Shown here: positions 1-8,422 of the stretch, piece by piece
Layout: every line of letters starts with the position of its first letter
Numbering within the stretch: position 1 is the first letter of the stretch
Assembly (NCBI GenBank): GCA_039798785.1
Contig: JBDKFG010000024.1
Span: 46,111 to 110,110 of the forward strand
Length of the DNA stretch: 64,000 bases
Direction: 5' to 3'
Source: Verrucomicrobiota bacterium
Lineage (GTDB): Bacteria > Verrucomicrobiota > Lentisphaeria > Lentisphaerales > Lentisphaeraceae
Position numbers and translations under genes: made by a program
Notes under the pieces: model-generated
What the model was told of the DNA's origin: nothing
Databases searched by the model: none
What the model saw: only the letters and a program-made list of their open reading frames with translations

Positions 1-2
1 CC

Positions 3-209
3 CGCAAGAGCGCCTGCGGCACCCAAGAGAAGAAGTTCCTCAAGCTCATCGCCGAAGGCAAGCTTGACGAAGCCAAAACCCAGCTCCAAGTCGTTTTCTC
101 CCAGTTCGACAAGAACGCCAAGAAGGGCGTCTTCAAGACTGAGAAGGCCGATCGCAAGAAGTCCCGCCTCTCCCTGCAGCTCAACAAAGCTGTCGCTGCG
201 AAGGCCTGA
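3..209 (+). CDS. rpsT: 30S ribosomal protein S20, 3' part (5' end outside window)
   Basis: Manual translation of frame 3: RKSACGTQEKKFLKLIAEGKLDEAKTQLQVVFSQFDKNAKKGVFKTEKADRKKSRLSLQLNKAVAAKA*, matching the S20 'DK.AKKG......A.RKKSRL' pattern. Not in the ORF track because the start is missing. Confidence 0.85.
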   Translation, partial: RKSACGTQEKKFLKLIAEGKLDEAKTQLQVVFSQFDKNAKKGVFKTEKADRKKSRLSLQLNKAVAAKA

Positions 210-301
210 TTCCCGGAACTGCACACCCCAACCCCCCGCTGCTTGCGCTCACCGTAGCGATTCAAAGCATCGAAAAAAAGACAACCCCACAAGGCACCAC
301 G

Positions 302-1216
302 ATGGGAATCACCATCCACGACCTGCTTGAAGCCGGCGTACACTTCGGTCACCAGACCCGCCGCTGGAACCCCAAGATGAAAACCTACATCTTCGGCAAC
401 CGCAACGGCATCCACATCTTCGACCTGGGCAAGACCATGGTCGGCCTCAACAACGCCTGCAAATTCCTCTACGAGAAAGTCGCCAAGGGCGGCGACGTCC
501 TCTGGGTCGGCACCAAGCGCCAGGCTCAAGAGCTCGTCAAGGACGCCGCCGAGCGCTCCGGCCAGCATGCCATCACTCAGCGCTGGATGGGCGGCACGCT
601 CACCAACATTGAAACCATCCGCAAGAGCGTCGCCAAGCTCAACAAGTTCCGCAAGTGGGAAGAAGACGGCACCCTCGCCGCGATGAAGAAGAAAGAAGCC
701 GGCCGCATCCGCCGTGAAGCGGTCAAGCTCGAGTCTTCGATCTCCGGCATCATGGGCATGAGCCGCATCCCCTCCTGCATCGTCGTCATCGACACCGTCA
801 AGGAGCACCTCGCGATCAAGGAAGCCAACGCCCTTGGCATCCCGGTCGTCGCCATCCTCGACACCAACTCCGACCCCGACCTGGTCCAGTACGGCATCCC
901 CGGCAACGACGACGCCGTCCGCTCGCTCCAAGTCCTCATCGGCCAGCTGTCCGAAGCCTGCTACATGGGCAAGGGCATCTCCGACAAGCACAACGAAGAG
1001 CGCAAAGCCAGCCGCGCCAAGGACGAAGGCGAGCGCAAGGCCCGCGCCGACAAGGGCGAGCAGGCTCCCCGCGGCGAACGCCGTGAACGCGCCCCCCAGG
1101 GCGAGCGCGCCCCCCGCGCCCCCGGTGACCGCGCTCCCCGCAGCCCCGCCCCCCAGGGCGATCGCGCCCCCCGCGCCCCCCGCGCAGCCAAGACCGGCGA
1201 AGCCAAAGCCGAGTAA
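302..1216 (+). CDS. rpsB: 30S ribosomal protein S2 with low-complexity C-terminal extension
   Basis: LLEAGVHFGHQTRRWNPKM, GTKRQAQ, RWMGGTLTN, DTNSDPD, IPGNDDA motifs. Confidence 0.98.
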   Translation: MGITIHDLLEAGVHFGHQTRRWNPKMKTYIFGNRNGIHIFDLGKTMVGLNNACKFLYEKVAKGGDVLWVGTKRQAQELVKDAAERSGQHAITQRWMGGTLTNIETIRKSVAKLNKFRKWEEDGTLAAMKKKEAGRIRREAVKLESSISGIMGMSRIPSCIVVIDTVKEHLAIKEANALGIPVVAILDTNSDPDLVQYGIPGNDDAVRSLQVLIGQLSEACYMGKGISDKHNEERKASRAKDEGERKARADKGEQAPRGERRERAPQGERAPRAPGDRAPRSPAPQGDRAPRAPRAAKTGEAKAE

Positions 1217-1246
1217 TCCTCGACTTACAGCCCGCTGATCCGCGCC

Positions 1247-1278
1247 ACGAGGTGCTGCCCCGGCAGCACCTCGTTTTC
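1247..1278 (+). terminator. Stem-loop with short U tract between rpsB and tsf
   Basis: ACGAGGTGCTGCC / GGCAGCACCTCGT inverted repeat followed by TTTT. Confidence 0.6.
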
Positions 1279-1323
1279 AAGCGCCGGAGCCCCTTTCCCA
1301 AGAACACCCAAGGAACCACCCCC

Positions 1324-2124
1324 ATGTCCTACACCCCCACCTCCGCCGACATCGCCAAGCTCCGCGAAATGACCAACTGCGGCCTCCTCGACTGCAAAAA
1401 AGCCCTGGTCGAAAAGGGCGGCAACTTCGATGACGCCGCCGACCACCTCCGCAAGCAGGGCCTCGCCAAGGCCGCCAAAAAAGCCGACCGCGAAGCCAAG
1501 GAAGGCATGATCGCCCTCTCCACCGACGGCAAGTCCGGCAGCCTCGTCCAGCTCTCCTGCGAGACCGACTTCGTCGCCAACAACGAACGCTTCCAGGGCG
1601 TCCTCAAGTCCTTCGCCGCCGAAGTCGCCGCCCTCAAGGCCAACGGCGACGTCACCGAATCCTTCGGCGCCAGCAAGAACGACGAGCTCGTCTCTCTCAT
1701 CCACACCATCGGCGAAAACATGAAAGTCGTCGTCGCCGCCAAGTGGGAAGCCGCCGCCGGCTGCACCATCGGCTCCTACCTCCACGGCAACAGCAAGGTC
1801 GGCGTCATCGTCGAAGTCGAAGGCGAGATCGCCCCCGAGACCCTCAAGGCCCTCGGCATGCACATCGCCGCCTACAAGCCCAGCTACCTCTGCCCCGCCT
1901 GCATCCCCGAAGCCGACACCGCCCGTGAAAAGGAAGTCCAGGCCGAGAAGACCAAGGGCAAGCCCGAAGCCATGGCCGCCAAGATCCTCGAAGGCGCCCT
2001 CAACAAGTGGCACTCCGACGTCTGCCTGGTCAAACAGGCCTGGATCCACGACGACAAGGTCACTGTCGAGAAAGCCCTCGGCAAAGCCAAGATCACCCGC
2101 TTCCTCCTCGCCAAGGTCGGCTGA
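1324..2124 (+). CDS. tsf: Translation elongation factor Ts
   Basis: KLREMTNCGLLDCKKAL, AKKADREAKEG, CETDFVA motifs; ATG at 1324 preceded by AAGGA; follows rpsB. Confidence 0.96.
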   Translation: MSYTPTSADIAKLREMTNCGLLDCKKALVEKGGNFDDAADHLRKQGLAKAAKKADREAKEGMIALSTDGKSGSLVQLSCETDFVANNERFQGVLKSFAAEVAALKANGDVTESFGASKNDELVSLIHTIGENMKVVVAAKWEAAAGCTIGSYLHGNSKVGVIVEVEGEIAPETLKALGMHIAAYKPSYLCPACIPEADTAREKEVQAEKTKGKPEAMAAKILEGALNKWHSDVCLVKQAWIHDDKVTVEKALGKAKITRFLLAKVG

Positions 2125-2130
2125 TCCCCT

Positions 2131-2164
2131 CGCCCCCGGAGCCGCAAGGATCCGGGGGCGAAAA
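2131..2164 (+). terminator. GC-rich stem-loop after tsf
   Basis: CGCCCCCGGA...TCCGGGGGCG inverted repeat; no U tract on the + strand. Confidence 0.4.
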
Positions 2165-2249
2165 TCAGAGCTCAAAATCCCAAGTATAAAATCCAAAATT
2201 TGAGCCTCAAGACGCAAAATTCCAGATCCATGATGCCGCTCACTCCTGG

Positions 2250-3013
<764 letters not shown>

Positions 3014-3017
3014 CTCC

Positions 3018-3920
3018 ATGCGCCGGATCGTCCGTCTCCTCGCCGCGGCCCTCCTCCTCGCCTCCTGCGCGACGCGAGAGTCAGGGCCGGTCGCCAATGC
3101 CATCGTCGACGACCGTCAGATCATGGAGACCATCGAAGGGGGGATCGACAAGCTCGATCCAGCCTCCTTTGTGGCTCCAGCCACCCTTCTCGCCCAGGCC
3201 CGCAGCCGCAAAGTCGCCGACCTGCCCCGCCCCGCCCTCAGCGACCGGCGAGCCGCGCAGCCGCTCGACCGGCTGTACGCCGATCTGGCCGACTCCTCGG
3301 TCGTCGTCGCCCGCCTCTTCAAATGCGACAAATGCCCGAAATGGCACAGCGCACCCGCCTCCGGCGTGATCATCGGCAGCGACGGCCTGATCGCCACCAA
3401 CTTCCATGTCATCGAAGGACGCGGCAGCCAGAAGTCCGAACAGCTCGTCGTCATTCTCCGCGATGGCCGGATCTTCCCGATCCAGGAAGTCCTCGCCGCC
3501 GACAAGGAGGCGGATTGCGCCTTGATCCGCATCAAGGCCGCCGGCCTCAAGGCTGCCCCTCTCAACCCCCGCTCCCCCGCCGGCAGCCGCGTAATCGCCA
3601 TCACCCACCCGGCAATGCACTACTGGAGCCTTACCGAAGGCGTCGTGTCGCGCCACTTCCTCGAGCCGCCACGCGGCACCGACGGCCGCCGCGTCGCACG
3701 ACTGGCGATCACCGCCGATTTCGCCAAAGGCTCTTCCGGCGGCCCGATCTTCAACACCAGCGGCGAACTCGTCGGCATCGTCACTTACACCCAGTCGATC
3801 TATTACGACTCCAGCCATGGACAGGAAACCAATTTCCAGATGACCTTCAAGACCTGCGTCCTCAGCCAGTCTCTCCTCGAGCTCTACCGGCCGCTCGAAC
3901 TCAAGGGAGTGAGGAAGTGA
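3018..3920 (+). CDS. Trypsin-like (S1) serine protease lipoprotein
   Basis: Lipobox LASC; triad motifs ATNFHV, DCAL, KGSSGGP; no PDZ domain. Confidence 0.85.
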   Translation: MRRIVRLLAAALLLASCATRESGPVANAIVDDRQIMETIEGGIDKLDPASFVAPATLLAQARSRKVADLPRPALSDRRAAQPLDRLYADLADSSVVVARLFKCDKCPKWHSAPASGVIIGSDGLIATNFHVIEGRGSQKSEQLVVILRDGRIFPIQEVLAADKEADCALIRIKAAGLKAAPLNPRSPAGSRVIAITHPAMHYWSLTEGVVSRHFLEPPRGTDGRRVARLAITADFAKGSSGGPIFNTSGELVGIVTYTQSIYYDSSHGQETNFQMTFKTCVLSQSLLELYRPLELKGVRK

Positions 3921-3934
3921 GGGAGTGCCCTTCC

Positions 3935-4177
3935 CGCAGAGCCCGGGCGGGGCTTGCGATAGCGCCCCTCCCGGTTTTGCCTTCCGCCGCACAAAAGGCG
4001 TCGGCGCCCTGGATCAACAAACTTTCGTGGCTCGATGGCTGGCCTGCCCGCGCCCCTGTCAACGCTTCGCCCTGCGCCTCGCGACGCCTGACGCATGACT
4101 CGGGGACAGCGTGACTCGCTATGTCTTCGCTGTAGAGGACTTTCACCTTTTACTCCTTGCCGGTTTCTCCGGCGCAC
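3935..4177 (-). mobile_element. Group II intron 5' fragment (domain I only; no RT ORF, no domain V/VI seen)
   Basis: Minus strand begins GTGCGCCGGAGAAACCGGCAAGGAG (GUGYG 5' splice consensus) and contains GGTGAAAGTCC, CCCCGAGTCATGCG, GCGAAGCGTTGACAGGGG, GCAGGCCAGCCATCGAGCCACGAAA, motifs I recognise from bacterial group II intron domain I; 3' limit approximate. Confidence 0.75.
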
Positions 4178-4239
4178 ACGTGCCTTTTATGGCCATCTAG
4201 CTTTCTTCGCTTCTTAGTTCCTTCGGGTGATACAGGTCG
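4178..4239 (-). mobile_element. Half-copy of MITE family A (terminal CGACCTG repeat)
   Basis: Reverse complement reads CGACCTGTATCACCCG...GGCCATAAAAGGCAC, versus CGACCTGTGTCACTCC...GGCCACAAAAGACAC at 18110. Confidence 0.55.
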
Positions 4240-4268
4240 GTTTTTTTCTTTTTCCCGGGGAGGAGCGC

Positions 4269-4295
4269 TAAAGCCCCGGCGGGAAAGGCCGAAAG
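4269..4295 (+). promoter_or_regulatory. Sigma28 (FliA) promoter of flagellin
   Basis: TAAA-N15-GCCGAAAG versus consensus TAAA-N15-GCCGATAA, about 145 nt upstream of the flagellin ATG. Confidence 0.75.
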
Positions 4296-4299
4296 CCCA

Positions 4300-4439
4300 T
4301 GGACAGCGGAACCGAGTAGGTTTCGCGGGATCCGCAAGGATTCCTGGTCGTCCGGTAGGTCCGGAGCCGGACGACTAAGCCCATCCGGATTGCCGACAAG
4401 GAGTTCGGCAGCAACCCCGAGCATACAGGGACGTACACC
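4300..4439 (+). promoter_or_regulatory. Structured flagellin 5' leader with CsrA/RsmA-type GGA sites
   Basis: ATACAGGGACGT (4423-4434) matches RUACARGGAUGU at 11/12 and overlaps the SD; TTGCCGA-CAAGGAGT-TCGGCAG puts AAGGA in a loop; further hairpins at 4327-4344 and 4347-4375. Confidence 0.6.
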
Positions 4440-5387
4440 ATGTCACTCGCAGTAAACAACAACCCAACCGCCTTCGGCGTGTGGTCAAACTTCGCTTCCA
4501 ACAGCGTCAACATGAAACGCGCCATGGGCCACCTCTCGACCGGTGTCAAGACCGTTCAAGACGACCCGTCCGGCGTCGGCATCAGTGAACGCATGCGTTC
4601 GCAAGCCCGCAACGTCTCGATGGCCCGCGCCAACGTCGACAACGGTCTGTCGATGCTGCAGACCGCCGACAGCTGGATGCAGAAGATGAACGACATGCTC
4701 GGCCGGATGAGCGAACTCTCGATTGAAAACGGCGACGGCACCAAGTCGCCCACCGACAAGGCCAACATCCAGACCGAATTCAAGCAGCTGCAGAAAGAGA
4801 TGGTGCGTGTCACCTCTCATAACGATGCGGCCGCCAAATTCAACGGTCTGTATCTGTTCCGCGGCGGTGACGGCGTCACCAACGTCTCCGCCGGCGATGC
4901 CGACCCCACCGGCAACGTCTCCCTCCAGGTCGGTCCCGACCAGAGCCAGAAGATCAACCTTCAGCTCAAGGACCTTCAGGTCGACTCGACCGAGACCATC
5001 GGTTCGGTCCACACCTACACCTACTCGACCGACAACGTCACGCTGACCGCGTCGACCCACTCGGCCGTCACCTGGGGCTCGATCATCAACGACGCCAAGA
5101 TGTCCGTCGGCTCCGCCAACGCCATCGGCAAGCTGGCGAAAGCGATCGACTTCATCTCCAACGCCCGCGCCAACAACGGTGCCCAGCAGAACCGGCTGGA
5201 ATACACCCGCAGCGCCCTCCTCTCCTACGAGGACAACATCCGTGCTTCCGAATCGAAGATCCGCGACGTCGACATGGCGGCCGAATCGACCCAGTTCTCG
5301 AAGTACCAGATCCTCAACCAGGTGTCGAACGCGATGTTGGCCCAGGCCAACCAGTTGCCGCAGGCGGTCATGCAGCTCGTCGGCTGA
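4440..5387 (+). CDS. fliC: Flagellin
   Basis: N-terminal LSTG...DDPSG..ISERMRSQ, MLQTAD; C-terminal GAQQNRLE, SKIRDVDMAAE, QILNQVSNAMLAQANQLPQAVMQL. Confidence 0.95.
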   Translation: MSLAVNNNPTAFGVWSNFASNSVNMKRAMGHLSTGVKTVQDDPSGVGISERMRSQARNVSMARANVDNGLSMLQTADSWMQKMNDMLGRMSELSIENGDGTKSPTDKANIQTEFKQLQKEMVRVTSHNDAAAKFNGLYLFRGGDGVTNVSAGDADPTGNVSLQVGPDQSQKINLQLKDLQVDSTETIGSVHTYTYSTDNVTLTASTHSAVTWGSIINDAKMSVGSANAIGKLAKAIDFISNARANNGAQQNRLEYTRSALLSYEDNIRASESKIRDVDMAAESTQFSKYQILNQVSNAMLAQANQLPQAVMQLVG

Positions 5388-5454
5388 TCCCTCAGTCCTG
5401 AGCAAGTGACCGCTAGGGGCGGCTGGGAGCGATCCCGGCCGCCACTATTGCTTC

Positions 5455-5470
5455 TGGCACAGGAGCTGCT
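5455..5470 (+). promoter_or_regulatory. Sigma54 -24/-12 promoter upstream of fliD
   Basis: TGGCACAGGAGCTGCT: GG-N10-GC with TGGCAC; SD AAGGAG at 5483 and ATG at 5497 lie downstream. Confidence 0.6.
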
Positions 5471-5496
5471 GTATATTGCGCCAAGGAGTCCCCAAC

Positions 5497-6921
5497 ATGA
5501 GCACCATCAACACTTCCAGCTACGGCGCCGACAAAGCCGTCGAGCTGCCGCGGATGCGCTTCGGCGGCATCAGTTCCGGCCAGGACACCCAGGCGATGGT
5601 CGACAGCATGCTCCAGGCCGCCCGCCTTCCTGTCAAGAGACTCGAGCTCGACACCCAGCGCGACGAGGAAAAGATTGCCGCCTGGGACGAGATCGACGTC
5701 AAGATTTCCGCCCTTGGAACCAAGGTCAACTCCTTGAGCTCCTTCACCACCTGGAACCAGAAAATCGCTGCCGCCAGCGACTCCGGCGTCGTCTCCGCCG
5801 CAGTCGACCGCACCGCCGCTCTCGGCAAGTACAGCGTCGAAGTCACCACCCTGGCCCAGGCCCACCGCGTCGCCTCCGATGCCCAGAGTTCCGCCACCGA
5901 GGCGCTCAACTTCGCCGGAGACTTCACCCTCAACGGCCAGACCATCACCGTCGCTGCCGAAGACACCGTCAAATCAATCCGAGACAAGATCAACGCCGCC
6001 TCCGGTTCAATGAGCGACAAGGTCAAGGCCAGCGTCGTCGGCACCAGCCTGGTAATCGAACGAGCCAACACCGGCGACACTGCCATGACTCTCAGCGACG
6101 GCAGCGGCGGCGTCGCCGCCCTCCTCGGCCTCGACGACGGCGCCGGCGGCTTCAAGAACGAACTGCAAGTCGGCGCCAACCTCGACGCCAAGGTCAACGG
6201 CGTAGCCGTCACCGGCACCAGCAACAGCAAGCGCACCGATGTCGTCGAAGGCCTCACCCTCAACTTCACCAAGGCAGGCACCAGCACTCTTGAAATCACC
6301 CGCGACACGTCGTCCCTGGTCACCGCCTTCAAGGACTTCATCACAGCCTACAATGAAGCGATGGACACCGCCGAATCCTACACCCGGGTGACCCTCTCCA
6401 GCGGCGGCGGCAAGATCACCAGCAAAGGACTCCTGCAAGGCGATGCCGCTGTCACCGCCCTCCGCTTCCGCTCCCGCTCCCTGGTCTCCGCCAGCTTCCA
6501 CAATCCCGCCACCGATCCCGGCGCCACTCCCAGTGTCAACACCCTCCAGGACCTCGGCATCTGGACCGAAGGCCGCGACAACCGCCTCGCCCTGATCTCC
6601 GAGGACAAGCTCACCAACGCCTTGAAAAACAACTTCGACGATGCCGAGGACTTCGCCCGCGACTTCAACAAGGGCGTCTTCCGCAAGCTGCGCGACTTCA
6701 TCGACACCGCCACCTCGCCGATCGACGGCACCATCGCCCGCCGCAAGAGCGGCCTCGAAGGCCAGATCCAGAAACGCGATGTCCGGATCAATTTCCTCAA
6801 CTTCCAGATCGCCGACAAAGAGACTCAGCTGTGGGAACGCTTCTCCAGCATGGAGGAAACCCTCGCCTCGATCAAATCTCAGAGCAGCTACATTTCCAGC
6901 TCCCTCGGACAAAAGACTTAA
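5497..6921 (+). CDS. fliD: Flagellar filament cap protein (HAP2)
   Basis: FGGISSGQDTQAMVDSML, EVTTLAQAH, FITAYNE, GLLQGD, TLQDLGI, ERFSSME motifs; adjacent to flagellin. Confidence 0.9.
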   Translation: MSTINTSSYGADKAVELPRMRFGGISSGQDTQAMVDSMLQAARLPVKRLELDTQRDEEKIAAWDEIDVKISALGTKVNSLSSFTTWNQKIAAASDSGVVSAAVDRTAALGKYSVEVTTLAQAHRVASDAQSSATEALNFAGDFTLNGQTITVAAEDTVKSIRDKINAASGSMSDKVKASVVGTSLVIERANTGDTAMTLSDGSGGVAALLGLDDGAGGFKNELQVGANLDAKVNGVAVTGTSNSKRTDVVEGLTLNFTKAGTSTLEITRDTSSLVTAFKDFITAYNEAMDTAESYTRVTLSSGGGKITSKGLLQGDAAVTALRFRSRSLVSASFHNPATDPGATPSVNTLQDLGIWTEGRDNRLALISEDKLTNALKNNFDDAEDFARDFNKGVFRKLRDFIDTATSPIDGTIARRKSGLEGQIQKRDVRINFLNFQIADKETQLWERFSSMEETLASIKSQSSYISSSLGQKT

Positions 6922-6923
6922 TT

Positions 6924-7059
6924 GGTGCCTCCCTCAAAAGTCTGCGACAGCCGCAAAAGCCCTGCGTTCGCTACGCGAGGCGGATCGCTCAAAACCGAGG
7001 GCCTGGCTCTCGGCCAAGCCAGCTTCGAACGCTGCGCGGTGACTTTTGCGGGAGGCGTC
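6924..7059. mobile_element. MITE-like element, family C
   Basis: Terminal inverted repeats GGTGCCTCCCTCAAAAGTC and GACTTTTGCGGGAGGCGTC (core 15/16 identical); TTAA-containing flanks; non-coding interior. Confidence 0.6.
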
Positions 7060-7230
7060 TTAATGGATCGAATCCGGCACGGCGCGGCCCGGCGGCCATG
7101 AAGCCTGAAAGACGGGGCGGTCCGGCGGTCCGGCCCTTCCGGCTCAGCCTCGCGGCAGGTCGCGCTTGTCGCGAGCTTGAACTTCCCGCACTTTCCTGTC
7201 GACAGTCAAAGCTGCGGAGCCCCCGGCTTT

Positions 7231-7246
7231 TGGCACAAACGATGCT
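7231..7246 (+). promoter_or_regulatory. Sigma54 -24/-12 promoter upstream of the ankyrin and activator genes
   Basis: TGGCACAAACGATGCT, GG-N10-GC spacing, preceded by TTT. Confidence 0.65.
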
Positions 7247-7334
7247 GATATGGAAACTGCGTCCCCTCCACTTGCGGTCCCGACCGTTTCGGGGTTACAA
7301 TGGCGGTGGAGAGCCTAAACGGGAGGGCACTGCC

Positions 7335-8363
7335 ATGAAAGGACTAAGAGCCAGAATGAGCCTGCTGCTGGTCGGAGCCGGAGCGAAAGCCGAAAGCCGC
7401 GACTTGGCAGGAAGATCGCCCCTCGACGCCGCCATCGCCGGCGTCGATCCCCACACCGTCGGCATACTGCTCGCCGCAGGCGCCTGCGTCGGCAAGCACC
7501 AGGACAGCAATCTCGACCCCGCCCTGGTGATCCTGCGAAACGGCAACGAAACCCGTCTCCGAAGCCTGCTCGCCCACGGCTCCTGGTCCGCGCTGCGCGA
7601 CCGCGACGGTCGGCAGCTCCTGCACCATGCCTCGCTCCTTGGGCGCCACCGTCTCCTCCCCCTTCTCCTCAAGACCGGCTTCTCGGTGAACGAACGCGAC
7701 GCCGCAGGCGACACGCCTCTGCACCTCGCATGCCGCGGCGGCCATCTGCTTTGCGCCGAAGCCCTCCTTGACCGGGGCGCCCCTCTCGAAGTCCGCAACC
7801 AGGCCGGCGAGACCCCTCTCCATCTCGTCGCCGGCCATCCTCAGCTGCTTCGGCTGCTCCTCCTCAGCGGCGCCGAACCTTCGCGGCGCGACCGCCAAGG
7901 CCGCGCCTGCGTCCACCGCCTCGCCCTCTCCGGCGACGGCCGCGGCCTCGAGCTCCTCCTCGAACGCCATCCCGCCTGCACCTGGCAACGCGGCCCCGGC
8001 GGCGCCAGTCCTCTCCACCTCGCCTGCGAACGAGGCGACCGCGAACTCTGCGCCGCCCTGATCCGCCATGGAGCCGATCTCGAGACCCCCGACGACGACG
8101 GCTTGACACCCCTGCTTGCCGCCTGTTCCTACGGATCTGCCGAGCTGGTCCGCCTCCTCCTCGACAACAAGGTCCGTGTCGACGTCATCGACAACCGCGG
8201 GCGCGGCGCCCTCCACCACCTCATCGACGGCGCCAACCCCGATCCCGGCCTGGCCGAGGAGCTGATCCGGGCAGGCGCCGACCCGAACTGGCGCGACGAC
8301 GCCGGACGCAGCCCGCTCCACCTCGTCGCCGAACTCCCCGAAGAAATCCTCGTCGGCAAGTGA
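7335..8363 (+). CDS. Ankyrin-repeat protein
   Basis: Repeated G.(T/S)PLH.A motifs (GDTPLHLAC, GETPLHLVA, GASPLHLAC, GLTPLLAAC, GRSPLHLVA); GGGAGGG SD before ATG 7335. Confidence 0.88.
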   Translation: MKGLRARMSLLLVGAGAKAESRDLAGRSPLDAAIAGVDPHTVGILLAAGACVGKHQDSNLDPALVILRNGNETRLRSLLAHGSWSALRDRDGRQLLHHASLLGRHRLLPLLLKTGFSVNERDAAGDTPLHLACRGGHLLCAEALLDRGAPLEVRNQAGETPLHLVAGHPQLLRLLLLSGAEPSRRDRQGRACVHRLALSGDGRGLELLLERHPACTWQRGPGGASPLHLACERGDRELCAALIRHGADLETPDDDGLTPLLAACSYGSAELVRLLLDNKVRVDVIDNRGRGALHHLIDGANPDPGLAEELIRAGADPNWRDDAGRSPLHLVAELPEEILVGK

Positions 8364-8422
8364 GCCGCCGGTTTTCCGCCGCGCGCGCTATCTTGAGGCC
8401 CCCCCCTGAAACAGGAACCGTC

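Noticed and set aside
210..301. rpsB autoregulatory leader RNA
   Set aside because: Plausible by position, but I could not identify the conserved structure in this short spacer.
3901..4146. 81-aa ORF MKVLYSEDIASH...
   Set aside because: Coincides with the group II intron domain I RNA; most likely a spurious translation of structured RNA.
6831..7334. N-terminal 168-aa extension of the ankyrin ORF
   Set aside because: Overlaps the fliD end, a MITE and a sigma54 site; a good SD supports ATG 7335.
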